From Octopus sinensis (Eukaryota): a DNA stretch of 64,000 nucleotides. Both the position numbers and the translations under genes were made by a program. The stretch is taken from the NCBI RefSeq assembly GCF_006345805.1, contig NC_043007.1, forward strand, positions 45,198,001 through 45,262,000, written 5' to 3'. Shown piece after piece: positions 1 to 13,207 of this stretch. Position 1 is the stretch's first letter. Each line of letters starts with the position of its first letter. Under the pieces are notes generated by a model. The model did no database searches. It was not told the origin of the DNA and was given only the letters and a program-made list of their open reading frames with translations.

Positions 1-92
1 TGGCGCGAGTGCGATGATTTGAAAATTTTCGGTCAGATATTGCCGAGACAGTGATAGAAGTGCCTCGTGTAAATATCTGCTCTGATCTGGCT

Positions 93-197
93 GTTCTTAC
101 TGACGAATCTATCGGCCTATGGAGACTAGCTTGATTTAATTTAATCAGGTTAGTTTACCATTAAACAATAGATGAAACGGTGCATCGTATAAGGAAC
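93..197 (+). ncRNA. Type I hammerhead ribozyme with intact core and long stem II
   Basis: GTTCTTA-CTGACGA(100-106)-ATCTAT...ATAGAT-GAAAC(174-178)-GGTGCATC-GTA(187-189)-TAAGGAAC. Stems I, II and III all pair; predicted GUA cleavage after 189. Confidence 0.85.
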
Positions 198-416
198 TAC
201 AGGGTAAATGTTTTTTTAATTTTCTCCTGGTTTGCGGAATTGATGTTGTTTTGCGGTTGAAGCTTTGGCTGTTATTTCTAGTGGGTGAATGGCCTATTAT
301 GGCCGTTCCTTGATTTTGATGTTGAATTTATAAATGGTCTATGACTATTTAATTTTTTCCCACTAGGCCGCTGGTGGCAAAAAAATTCTACGAAATTTTT
401 TGCCACCCTATATTGA

Positions 417-420
<4 letters not shown>

Positions 421-454
<34 letters not shown>

Positions 455-525
455 TATATATAATATATATATATATTATATATATATATATTATATATAT
501 ATATAGGTATATATATATATATATG
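421..525. repeat. (TA)n microsatellite
   Basis: Direct reading. Many similar (TA)n tracts occur through the window, e.g. 18750-19040, 21375-21720, 34672-34880, 49380-49890. Confidence 0.95.
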
Positions 526-856
526 TATGTATACACAATATATATGTATGCATGTATACATGCCCCCATATACCTTATGTTGGATGCGTATATTTGGAAA
601 CTATGAATGATAGAGTATTGTCACCAGCAGAAGTATCATGAGAATTTATTGCAATATATTACTAGATGATACGTAACTGCTATCTGTTATAGTTGCTAAA
701 CAAACTGAAATGTAAACATGGAACAAGGTGCAATGAATATATCCCTTGTCATTTTATTAGCTCTTCAGTCAACATAATATATATTGTACCTGCAATATAA
801 CTCATTGTTTAATACAATATACAATACTATCATACACACCTACATACATACACATA

Positions 857-896
<40 letters not shown>

Positions 897-1631
897 ATAT
901 CAGCGCGTGTTGTATGTTGTTGTGGATTCAATATATAATATGATATAATATAATAGAGACAATGAGGAAATTATCCGTTGTACTTGTTTGTTGTACATAT
1001 TTCATTTGTTTATCAATCACTATATCGAACAGTTATATATGATCTACTAATAAAATGTTCTAGCTTTAAAGTTGCTTTTCATATGAATATTATTGATGTT
1101 TATTTGCTATTGTTTACCTCAAGTAATATATACCGCCGAAATATGCGATGAAATTTATTGTGCATGAAATTTTGTTTAAATACGCATTATATTAACTGAA
1201 TATATTACATTTTTAGCGATTCATTGTCGGTAAGTAATCTCCGATAGGCTTAAATTATGACCAGGCCACTTCATCGCGTAAGATATACACTAAACATTAA
1301 ATGTTTGTGATTCGTGTGCTGTATTTTAAAACACCCTTTCGCCATTTATAGTTTGCAGTCTATTCTCCCCGTTTCTTCGACAGTTTAAGATAGTTTTCTG
1401 TTGTTGTTGGTCGTGTCAGTCCCCAGGTCAGCTCAGCTAGGGAGTGTAAGTTCAGATTGCCCTTGACTCAAATACTTGCTGCTTCAATTATATGATTATT
1501 CCTCTAATGTCTGGGTCATATTACAAATGCCGATATGCAGCAATAAATTATATTTTCATTCCAAATATATTTCTCGAATGGGAAACGCTATGTTTTCTTA
1601 AAAAATCAATATTAGTTTTCTACAACATAAC

Positions 1632-1663
<32 letters not shown>

Positions 1664-2218
1664 TAACTATCTATCTTGAAAATTCAAGGGCACATATCTT
1701 CTATGTAAGGCCTCTAAATGATCCAAAAATTGTTTACATAAGGCAAAGAAAATCCACTAAACTTTTAGCCTAAGATAAAGTCAATTAGATTATATAAATT
1801 GATTAGAAGCATACAAACATTCATTCTACATTAATGCAATGCTTGATTAAGTCTTAATCAAAATATGTATATCCTACTGCGATGTAATTTTTCAATGAAA
1901 GTTTATTTTTGATATTTCATGTAGTTTTCCATGTGAAGCTTGTAAACCACTTTTCTGCAAATGATTGCAGATCACTGGTCGAAATTTGAATAGTTTTGCA
2001 TTGCGGAACATTTACCACTGATGAAAGCAAAAAGCTAGATTCATAGAAGGATTTTCTGCGTACTTGCTCGACCTGCTACAAGTAGAAGTTAAACCTCTCT
2101 CATAATCCATCCGCGTTTTTTTTTTTTTGGAGCTCCACAAAAACATCTTTGAAGTTAAAGAGCTGGAACAAATATCGCAAAGCATTTACTCCCGGCATTT
2201 TAACGATTTTGCTAATGC

Positions 2219-2366
2219 ACCACCAGCACCACTACCACCACCACCACCACCATCACCACCACCACCACCACCACCACCACCACCACCACCACCACCACCA
2301 CCACCACCACCACTACCGCCGCCGCCACCACCACCATCACCACCACCATCAACACCACCACCAACA
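2219..2366 (+). repeat. (CCA)n microsatellite
   Basis: Near-pure CCA repeat; it creates the poly-P, poly-H and poly-G ORFs. Confidence 0.95.
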
Positions 2367-2375
2367 ATAACCAAA

Positions 2376-3600
2376 TTTATTATGGGAAGTAGGCTCAATG
2401 GAGAAACAAGATTAAGGCAATGAACACATGTTTGTTTAATGCGATATGGCGCAAGTGTTGTTTGGTGGACAAAGAACAAGCTTTAGGAAATCGCAGGAAA
2501 ACCAGAAAAATGATGACAATTAACAAGGAACTATACACCAAAAGCGATACTGACAGAATGTATTTGCCTTGGAACAGGGGGGGAGATGCATCATAGGATG
2601 CAATCAGAAGCGCAATCTGGGATGGTACATCAAACAGCAGAGCGAATCCTTGCTTGCCGCTGTTAGAATTAACAATACAATACCTAACGAATATGTCATG
2701 CACCACAAACATTTAAGAAACAAGACGAAGAAATGGTAAAAAATTGGAAAATGAAACCACTGAATGAGCAATACCTCAGAGAAATTGAAAGAAAAGACAA
2801 GCTAAACACTTGGAGATGGCTAGCAAAAAGTGATTTCAAAGTATGCGCTGAGGTATTGATATGCAGCGCTCAGGAACAAGCTGTGAGAACTAATTACACC
2901 AAGTTCCAAATAGACAAGAGTAGCGGATCGGCCCTTTGTCTCAAATATTGTGAGTTAGTGTAGCAAGCTGGCTTAAAAGTACTACAAAAGGAGGCACGAT
3001 AACGTGGCTAAGTTCGTCCACTTGAAGCTATATGAAAAGTACGGCTTGAACAGAGCACAGAAATGATGCGAACATGAACTAGGAGTCACTGAGACGAAGG
3101 AATATGAAATACCGTTGTATTCTACAATCCAATGTGACTCCTTAATCAATACTCGGAGACCAGATATTGTCGTGGTAGATAAAAGTAAAAAGGAAACCAA
3201 GATTATAGGAAACCGAGATTATTGCAATACCCGGGGATGCACGCACAAGTGACAAAGAACTAGAGAAGACTGAAAAATACAGATTACTAACAGACGGAAT
3301 TGCAAGTATGTGGACTATGAGGAGAGTGTCGGTCATTCCAGTAGTTGTAGGGACACTCGGAGCACTAACAACCAAGTTCGAGAAACATGTCAGAGAAATC
3401 GGAATTGATATGAGAGCAGAGCAAGCCTCCCAAAACTGCTTGACTGGGGACAACTACGATTTTGAGATTAGTATGTATGTTGAATGCCCCCACGAAAATT
3501 AACAACCAAATATCAAAGCTTATAATGTGCGGAAAGAGACCCTGTGAGATCTCTGACAGCAGACTGCTGTCCGCTCTCACAGAATATGCCAGAACAAACA
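2376..3600 (+). mobile_element. R4/Dong-clade non-LTR retrotransposon, degraded 3' fragment (RT thumb to RLE endonuclease)
   Basis: Broken frames give KSDTDRMYLP, WKMKPLNEQY, ICSAQEQAVRTNY, RRHDNVAK, RPDIVVVDK and VIPVVVGTLGAL, collinear with the element at 59-63 kb. Confidence 0.85.
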
Positions 3601-3619
3601 AGACCGAGCGTTCTGAGAA

Positions 3620-4590
3620 GTAAAACAACAAAAACAACATGAAGAAGAAGAAGAAACAAAGAAAGCTGTAAAACAACTGAAATCCAAACTAAAACTAGTA
3701 CAGCAACGGATCATGATAAAACGATGGTAAGAAAACCCCTTCATGGCAAATACTGGCTTAAACTAAACAGAAAAGAAATAGACAAAGCAAAATCCTAACA
3801 ATGGCTGAGAAGCTCAAGAATCAAAGCAGAAACTGAAGGATGTTTAATTGCAGCACAAGATCAAAGCCTTCCCACCAGAAATTTCCAAAAAACATGTAAT
3901 GAAAATAAATTCCAAGTAATTGCAGAATATGTGGAGATGGACAAGAAACAATAAATATTATCTGTGGCTACCCAGTCCTGGCTAAGAAGGAATATATTCA
4001 CAGACACGACAGAGTTGTAAGCTTTATACACTGGAAGCTATGCCAACACTATGGAATAACAGCATAAAAAAGATGTTATAGGAATACGCCAGAAAAGGTC
4101 ACAGAAAATGAGAAAGCAACCATACAATGGGATACGCCAATACACACAGGTAGAGAAATTAAGGTCAATAAGCCGGATATAGTTGTCAGAGATCATCAAG
4201 AAAAAAAAACTTTCTAATCGATGTAGCAATACCAACAGATGACAATGTTTCTCTAAAAGAAACGGAGAAACTTTCAAAATTTAAAAATCTGGAAATAGAG
4301 GTAACTCAAATGTGGAAACAGAAACAATTCCTGTCATCGTAGGCACATCAAGTGTGATAAAAAAATATTTGGACAAGTACATAACAAAAACACCAGTACT
4401 AACAAGTATATATAACATACAGAAAATTGCACTACTAGGCACCGCACACATCCTACGTAAAACACTTTCAATACAGTAAAAATAAGAGCATCACAACAAA
4501 CCACAGTACATACCCAAGGCACACAGAGCTGCGCTCGGTGATGCAGTGAAAGCACGTGATAGAAATAAGTCTACTAAATAATAATAATAA
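3620..4590 (+). mobile_element. R4/Dong LINE 3' fragment (second subfamily) with 3' UTR and (TAA)n tail
   Basis: PLHGKYW, AETEGCLIAAQDQSLPTRN, HRHDRV, PDIVVRD and LGTAHILRKTLS. Its 3' UTR closely matches 10868-10965. Confidence 0.9.
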
Positions 4591-4679
4591 TGGTAATATT
4601 GATAAGAACAGCAACAGCAGCAGCAACGACGACGACGACATCACCACCACCGACAACAATAACAAAATATTGCTAATAA

Positions 4680-5200
4680 GTACCTGGCAGTGGCTCTCAT
4701 GGGTTAACTGATTGGAAGTGTTATCATGTGCATGCTTTGTCTTGGTGTAAAAGATGGGATACACCAAATATTCTGCTCAATGCTACAGATCTGCTTGTCA
4801 TTTACTTGATCTTAATCAGTTGAGCATGTCCCTTGTGGCTGACGATATATGTATCTCTGATCATGCGCGGAAGTAATGGGGTAGCATCATAGCCATGTGT
4901 TGAGAGGAATTATTTGGGGTTTATCCCTTGAAACATAGGTGCTTTGCCGATCATCATTAAACATACCTTATCCAAGCACCTTTTGAGCCGGATAGGCTAC
5001 TCGACCCGAAGAAAATTCTAACTGGGCCTTAACTGCGAGGTCATAATATTACTATGTCGAGTACATATGGTTGTAATGCATGTACTTGGTGTACCCTTAT
5101 CAGACGGGTAGTCATGATAGGAATATTGGCTTCGTATATTTGTACCCCAGTGTCATTTTGATGCTATGAATTGCTCTTTCATTCAATAATAATAATAATT
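4680..5200 (+). repeat. Unclassified ~520-bp interspersed repeat ending in (AAT)n, copy 1
   Basis: Homologous to 8990-9553, 9563-10105 and 26930-27240 (shared aatattctgctcaat, gaagaaaattctaactggg, cccttatcagacggg). Confidence 0.85.
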
Positions 5201-5391
5201 ATTATTATTATTATCAATTCTTTGTTAGTCTCAGTGTGCTCGCACATACAACATTATAGACTTTAAAAATATGGGTGGTGGTACAATACATATAGAGGAG
5301 TGAGCAATAAGGACATTTTAGAAATAACCACTTTACAATTTGTACAAATGACATGCAATAATTGAAACAAGATTATTATATTACAATTTGA

Positions 5392-5590
5392 AGGCTGCAA
5401 TTTTGTAGAATTGTTAGAACCTTAGGAAAAATGCTTTGCGGTGTTTCTTCCTACCCATAACTTTCTGAGTTTAAATTATGCATTGGTGGAATAAGTCTTT
5501 CATCCTTCCAGGGTTGATAAAATGAGTACGAGTTAAGCACTGGTACTAATCGCCCTCCCCGGCCTCGTGCCAAAATTTGAAACCATTATG
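5392..5590 (+). mobile_element. tRNA-derived SINE with MetaSINE-like central domain (family A)
   Basis: ctttcatccttccagggttgataaaatgagtac core and aaatttgaaacc tail, shared with many copies in the window. Confidence 0.7.
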
Positions 5591-6586
5591 GCACAATTTA
5601 AAACACGGAAAATATTCCAACGGCAATACGGTAGGAGTACTCTAAGTTGAGTCAGAGAACTTCTGCTCATGCAGAAATCTGTTACAAAGACGTTTTTGAA
5701 ATCACTTGGATTTCATGGCGCAAGAAAATTGTGTGTGCGGGTTCACATTCTTTCAAATACTCGTAGTATGCTGGCAAAGAACTTCGCATGATTGTATCTG
5801 TTCTCTCCTGTAAATGACTAGGATCCCCATGGCATCGTTCTGAAGAAACTTTCTATCTCTGTACACAAGTGTCCCATGTCAATATTCTAAGATAACAAAA
5901 TTCCGAAAAATAACGGAAGCTATTTTCTAATCATACATTTGTGATAAAAACTTAAATTTCATTATGAATTCTTTTTCTTTAGAAATAATCAATAATATAT
6001 TTTGTTTTTCGGGTAGAAAGATGTAAACTGTTGATAACGTTTGTGTCATAGATAAATGCTTTAAGTGTTTCTAGTTAGAATTCAGCTTTATGTCATTGCA
6101 ACACTTATTCTTATATTCTTATTCTGAATATATCAATTCCAGAGACACATCATGTTAATGTTAGGTTTCTTTTCACATACTACGAGATCTTAACTGGCAA
6201 ATTTGAACTTAGTATAAGGAATTTAGTGGCTTTCCCAAACAAATCTGCGATAGGAAATTAAAACTGTCAGCTCTTCACCTGCTGTTCTAATGTCCTAGTC
6301 ACGTGATCAAATTGCAATTAAATATATTTTATCGAACTATATTCAAATGTACATTGTAGACATTATTTCGTGAATTCTTTTTTCAGGGGACAAATCACAG
6401 TGATGATGATTCCAAGACTAATGGAAAGAAGAGATAGATTTAACCAAAAATCGGAAAACTTGCCGAATGGCTGTATCAAAATGGATTTTTCAGAAGACAA
6501 CCGAGTGACGAAAAATGCTTAAACATGCTATTAGAGAGTTCATTTATTTGAAAGAGTGAGTTATCCAGAAATACAGCTGGAGTGTA

Positions 6587-6807
6587 TACGACGGGGTGCT
6601 GAAAGGCTCCTGGTTTTGGCTAAAAGAAAATACAACAATATCAGTTAATTATGATTTTCTTTAACATTTTCCCCTCTCAGAATCGCACACTTATTGCAAC
6701 GGTCCTTCAGTTTTTCTAAGCCCGTAAAAGAACTCGGAAGGTTGGGCCCCCATCCATGCCTTTCGCGACACCCTTAAAGCTAGGAAACTGTTCAGCACCT
6801 CCTCGTA
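6587..6807. mobile_element. Tc1/mariner-type MITE
   Basis: About 30-bp imperfect TIRs (TAcgacggggtgctgaaagg... / ...ttcagcacctcctcgTA) with TA at both ends; no coding capacity. Confidence 0.8.
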
Positions 6808-8677
6808 GTTTCAGATTAGATATGATGAAGCAGTTTTATGCCCCAAAAGGTGGACCAGGCCGTGACATTCTCGTCATTTTGTTTTTCAGTCAGAATACAT
6901 CTGAAATTACATAAATCAATGAGTGTTAAATTTTAAAAAGCGGTTGGGTATACTTTGATGGAGAATCAGCAGCTGTTTCTGCAAGAGCGAACAACTAGGC
7001 CTGAGATCTCTCTCTCTCAGAGACGTATCCAAGTCCAGCAAGTCTATCTCAGAGCTAGTGACATGATGACCCTTGAAATAAAGGTGTTAATTCTAAAGAT
7101 GAGAAGCTTTAAACGCCGTTACATAAAAATAACTTACTGGCACTCGGATTCTCTACCTATCCAATATGTTATTGTCTCCTTGTTGTTTAATCCAAAGTTA
7201 TCTCTTTTCAAAAAAGCATATCACCCTAAGCGTTTCAGCTGTGACAGTTCCGTATTTTTAAATCCATAACTTATCGGGTACTACGTTACATAATGTCTTC
7301 TTCCATTTTTAAGACAATATAGTGTCATTCAAGTGAGATTTAGCTGATATTTCTTGCACTTCAAATTACTTAATGGTTCTTCCACTAGTTTGTCACGTAC
7401 ACTGTTTAACATAACATGTAGATTTGTAATGCTAAGTCATTTGTCTCTAGACCGCTTCGAAGATTGGCAGTGATTTATGAATTTCCTGTTTGATTGAGAC
7501 GAGTTAAACGAACAAGCTTAAATATTGTCCATATTATAATCATAATCCCATACTGAATTCCTATTCGCCCACTGGTACGCATTGACCAATTAATTTCTTT
7601 TAAACGTTGAATGGCTTCATTACAATGATAAATTTTAAAATAACCACATTTCCAGCTGATGCTCGCTGTGATTTATTATCATGGTGCATGATGGCAGAAT
7701 ATCATCAGAAAATGATATCCTTCAAAATTAAGGTGACTGAAAACATTAAATGTTGTAAAGGAAATAAAAAGTCTGTCAATTAGAAATGCCAGTAAATATT
7801 TTGTTTATCGATTTGTTTATTGTTTTCCGATTATTTTTTCCCTCTTAAAGCCAATTCTTTACTGAAAAAAAGAAAATAACACAAAACAAAACGAAAACAA
7901 ACACAAACCGTTTTTGGAAATATAAACGAACTAAATGTAAATGCCATGATGTAATCCCGATACCAAGAAATGTCACTGAAAGTTCACCCTGTAGATATAT
8001 GTGGCTTCTACATGTTATGTCACAATACTGAATATTACATTTCTTGATTTATCCTATGGAATCGTATTTTCAATTGACCTTTTGGTTTCATTGCTTAAAA
8101 TTATTATTCAAAAATATAAAATTAGAAAATTATATTTGTGCAAAGAGCTGCGAGGAATGACTGCAAAGTCTGAAGAAAATCTCAGTTCTTTTCCTGGTGT
8201 TTTCCTCATTATTTGTTGATTTTAAATAAAATATTCTACTATTGTATTTATAGCTTAAGAATGGCATATATATATATATATATATTATATATATAAGTAA
8301 AAATGCACACTTCGTACACATGCATATATGTAAAATGAGAGAGAGATGTAGAGAGAGGGGGAGGGAGAATGTTTGAATGTGATGGGGGAGAGAGATCGGT
8401 ACCGAAAGCGATAGTTCTATTATTATGATATCGGTCATAATGATAAACTATGATGGAGACGATGGTATTAGATGGTCCCATTTTCCCGCCGATGTCGTCT
8501 TTAACTTTCATCCGTTCGGAGGTCAAAATATCAGAAAAGTACCTAGAGTTGATGGTATCGACTGATATTCTTGAATCAAAATTGTTGGCTTTGGACCTAA
8601 GGAACCATTCTAAATTATTTTAATGCGTGAAATGACATATTGTTAATAATATAATAGCATATTGTCAACAACAACAA

Positions 8678-8895
8678 TAATGGTTTCAAATTTTGCCACA
8701 AGGGCAGCACTTTTGGGGGAGGGGGTGAGTCGATTACATCGACTCCACTGTTTAACTAGCATTTATTTTATCGACCTCGAAAGGATCAAAGGCAAAGTCG
8801 ACTTCGGCGGAATTTGAACTCAGAACAGATCGACGGACGTAATACCGCTAAACATTTTTTCCGGCGTGCTAATGATTCTGCCAGTTCACCGTCTG
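8678..8895 (-). mobile_element. SINE family A
   Basis: Reverse strand reads ctggcagaatcattagcacgccgg...gagttcaaattccgccgaagtcgactttgcctttgatcctttcgaggtcgataaa (A/B-box head plus core). Confidence 0.85.
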
Positions 8896-8948
8896 ATAAT
8901 AATAAAAATGACAACAGCAGCAGCAGCATCAGCATCAGCATCAGCAGC

Positions 8949-8982
<34 letters not shown>

Positions 8983-8989
8983 ATAATAA

Positions 8990-9553
8990 ATGCCCCGAGG
9001 TAGTTGCTTCCATGACTTCTGATCTTTAATTGGAAGTGTTATCGTGTACATTGTTTTGTCTTGGTTTAAAATAAGGGCTACAGTAAATATTCTGCTCAAT
9101 GATACAGATTTGCATGTCAATTGCCAGAATCTTAACAAGTTGAGCATGCCCCTTGTTGGCTGACAGTATGTGCATTTCTGATCACGAGCAGAAGTAGTGG
9201 GGAACATCAAAGCCATGCGTAGAGAGGAATTCTTTGTGATTTGAATAATTCATGCCTGGAAACATGGTTGTTTCGTTGATCATCCTTAAACAAACCTTAT
9301 TCAGGGACCTTTTGAACAGAATGGATAACTCAACCTGAAGAAAATTCTAACTGGGCTCCATCTGAAAGATCATGCGTTGTTTATTTTTATATGAAATCAC
9401 CATGTCTCGCACATGTGGTTGTGATGCATGTGCCTGATGTACCCTTATCAGACGGGTGGTCATGATGGGTACATTTGGCCTCGTGTAGTGTACCTCAGTG
9501 TCACTTTGATAGCATGTGCTTCTCTCTTACTCAATAATAATAATAATAATAAT
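8990..9553 (+). repeat. ~520-bp repeat, copy 2
   Basis: Homologous to copy 1; follows an (AAC/AAT)n tract and ends ...actc(aat)n. Confidence 0.85.
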
Positions 9554-9562
9554 AACTGATTC

Positions 9563-10063
9563 GAAGTGTTTTCATGTACATTGTTGTGTCTTGGTATAAA
9601 AGATGGGCTACAGCAAATATTCTGCTCAATACCACAGATTTGCTTGTCAGTTGTTTGACCTTAACCAGTTGACCATGCCCCTTAGTGGCTGACGATATGT
9701 GCATCTCTGATCATGAACAGATGTAGTTGGGGAATATAACAGCCGTGTGTTGAAAGGAATTCTTAGAGGTTTAGATAGTTCACCTTCGGAAACATGGGCG
9801 GTACATTCGGCACCCTTAAACAATTCTTATTCAGCGACCTTTTGAGCGGGATGGGCTACTCGACCAGAAGAAAAAATTCTAACTGGGCCCCACTTGCAAG
9901 GTCATGTGCTGTTTATCTTGATATGAGATCACCATCTCGCGCAGATATGGTTGTGATGCATGTGCCTAGTGTGCCCTTATCAGACGGGTAGTCATGATGA
10001 GTATACGGGCTTCATATTTTTTACCCCTGTGTCACTTTCATGGTGTGCACTGCTCTCTCACTC

Positions 10064-10105
<42 letters not shown>
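9563..10105 (+). repeat. ~520-bp repeat, copy 3 (5'-truncated, tandem with copy 2)
   Basis: Homologous to copy 1; sits between two (AAT)n tracts. Confidence 0.85.
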
Positions 10106-10106
<1 letters not shown>

Positions 10107-10315
10107 GTTTCAAATTTTGCCACAAGGCAGCATTTGGGCGGGGGATGAATCGATTATATCGACCCCATGGTTCAACTGGTACCTGTTTTATCGACCCCGA
10201 GAGGATGGAATGTAAAGTGGGCCTCGGTGGACTTTGATCTCAGAAAGTAGAGACGAGCGAAATACTGCAAGCATTTCATCAAGCGTGCTAATCATTCTGC
10301 CAGTTCACTGCCTTA
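10106..10315 (-). mobile_element. SINE family A
   Basis: Same layout as 8678-8895 (ttttatcgaccccgagaggatggaa...attctgccag). Confidence 0.8.
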
Positions 10316-10998
<683 letters not shown>

Positions 10999-11049
10999 GT
11001 AATAATAATAATAATGATAATAATAATAATGATAATAATAATAATAATA

Positions 11050-11081
<32 letters not shown>

Positions 11082-11084
11082 GAT

Positions 11085-11265
11085 ACCCTAGAATCTTGGT
11101 GTATTGAAAAAAATTGGTATCAAATGGAATAGCTCACATGTTGCGTAAAGTACTGTCAGTCTGAGTTCCTTGTGATTTGACAGACAGTAGAAACCCCCGA
11201 TACACACAATGTCTTCAATCAACGACATCACTATATTAGATACTGTGCAACATCTTAAATGATAA
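11085..11265 (+). mobile_element. Very short R4/Dong 3' end (another subfamily)
   Basis: Encodes GIAHMLRKVLSV-stop, matching the R4 C-terminus GIAHILRKILSM. Confidence 0.6.
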
Positions 11266-11269
11266 TAAC

Positions 11270-11486
11270 CCTTTCTTCAATAGGCACAAGGCTTGAAATC
11301 TGTTGGGAGAGAGCTAGTCGATTACATTGACCCCAATGCTTAACTGGTACTTATTTCTTCGACCCCGAAAAGTGAACGGCAAAGTCGAATTCGGCAGAAT
11401 TTTTAACTCAAAACGTAAATACGATTGAAATGCTTCTAAGCATTTTGTTCGGTGTGCTAATGGTCCAGCCTCCTAACTGTCTTAAC
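11270..11486 (-). mobile_element. SINE family A
   Basis: gtcgattacattgacccc...actggtacttatttcttcgaccccgaaaag...ggcaaagtcga. Confidence 0.75.
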
Positions 11487-12129
11487 AGTATTAATAAATT
11501 ATTATTTTTAAAAATTAAATCCATCCACATACTGTTCCATTTGATTTTCGATCCTTATGGGAATAAAACACTAGGAGAACTACGAAAGTATACACACAAA
11601 TGATCCCAACTGTGTATTACTAATGATAGTTATGCAATCTCTGGAGACTTGACAATTCGGTTTATAAGATTTTCCTTATATAACTCATAGTTTCGTTGTT
11701 AATGAAATGCGTGGAAGATCTCGTAACGATCATTTTATGAACGAACTCCAGTTTCTTGTTTGCTTTCAGTCTAATTATTTGTCAACACGCGCGCACGCAC
11801 GCAAGCACACACACACACGCACACACACACATACATACACACACACGTACTTTCACCTAGTCTCCTTCTGCTAAGTTTTGTCAGACAGTAGTGATCTATC
11901 CCGGAACAACTGCAAAGCATAATCGTTCAATATGACACGCAGTGCGCCTAATTCAGAATCCATTCAGATGCGAAGCGAAAATGTTCACCACAGAGCCATA
12001 GTATTCTATGATGTAGACATTAATATTTCATTTAACTAATGATAATCTTTGTTATACGTTCCCGTATATTAACAACATTAGAGCTGGACAAAAAATTAAC
12101 TCTACAGGTAGTGGCCACCGAAATTATTA

Positions 12130-13122
12130 TTTCTTTACTCCACACAACATATCCTTCAGTCCCAGAATCGCAGCACCAACAGTGACTTCAGCATTTAATG
12201 ATACTGCATCACCTCTCCTTCTTGGCAGATGAAGTCGGTCGCTATTACCTTTAGGATGAAGTGCGTTTTGCATTGTTAACAACTGTCTAATTATATCCAA
12301 GTTCTGCAGCTCGAGCTTTGTCCATTACAGAAAGGGCGAAGGATAACTCAATACTGGTATTGTCTATGTACGTATGGCTTTAATGATGTCCATTAAATTT
12401 TGGTTCCATCATTTTTCTAATTATCTTTTACTTTTTAATTATCTTTTGTCTCATTTCTTTTTCTATTATCTTATCAACCTACAACACTCCTAAGAATTTG
12501 TATCCCTCATTATTCCACAGTGATCTAATGATGGTGACTTGTAATTCTTTGCCATCAGAATTTATCTTTCGGCTTGTCTTCATAATTAGAACTGCGCAGT
12601 TATCTACTCCAAACTGCATTCCAGTATATTTACTCAATAATCTCACTGCTTGGACCAAAGTGCCCAGGTCTGTCTCATTTTTATATATATCATAAGGTGA
12701 TTGATATAATGTAGATTTCTGCTAAACTTAATTCTGGCAAAATCAAAGGCAGGTTCGGACTTTCTCAGTAAACTTACCAGAGATATTCATATAATCAGGA
12801 AGAGTAACGGAGACAGCGAGTCTCCTTCGAAAATGCCCCTGCCTGATTTCACATTACCTAGTGATTCATTTGCACATGTCAGTTCTACTTCCCACACTCA
12901 CTGTTTTATCTAGAAGAGTTGTTTATCCTCTCATTCACTCCGACCGTATTCAGATATTCTGAGAACCAACTGTATGGAACATTGTCATAGGACTCCTCCT
13001 TTTTGTACCTCAATGTTCTGCTATCAATCAGCAGTTACCCTTGATTTCCAGTTGGTTCTCCTTTTCCAGAATATTATACACTTCATCTGCTATGAGGCCA
13101 GTTAATAGTATCCAGAACGAAG
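12130..13122 (-). mobile_element. Old R4/Dong RT fragment on the minus strand
   Basis: Reverse translation gives WILLTGLIADEVYNILEKENQL near 13110 and NALHPKGNSDRLHLPRRRG near 12260 (compare HPKADTERLYLPRKEGG). Abuts the (ATT)n tract at 13124. Confidence 0.7.
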
Positions 13123-13124
13123 GA

Positions 13125-13158
<34 letters not shown>

Positions 13159-13168
13159 TATTATTATT

Positions 13169-13207
<39 letters not shown>

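Noticed and set aside
2127-2423. Formin/extensin-like poly-proline ORF
   Set aside because: Produced by a (CCA)n microsatellite that is open in several frames and runs into a LINE fragment.
9686-9745. CTGACGA inside the 520-bp repeat as a possible hammerhead
   Set aside because: No GAAA/NUH arrangement with compatible stems in any copy.
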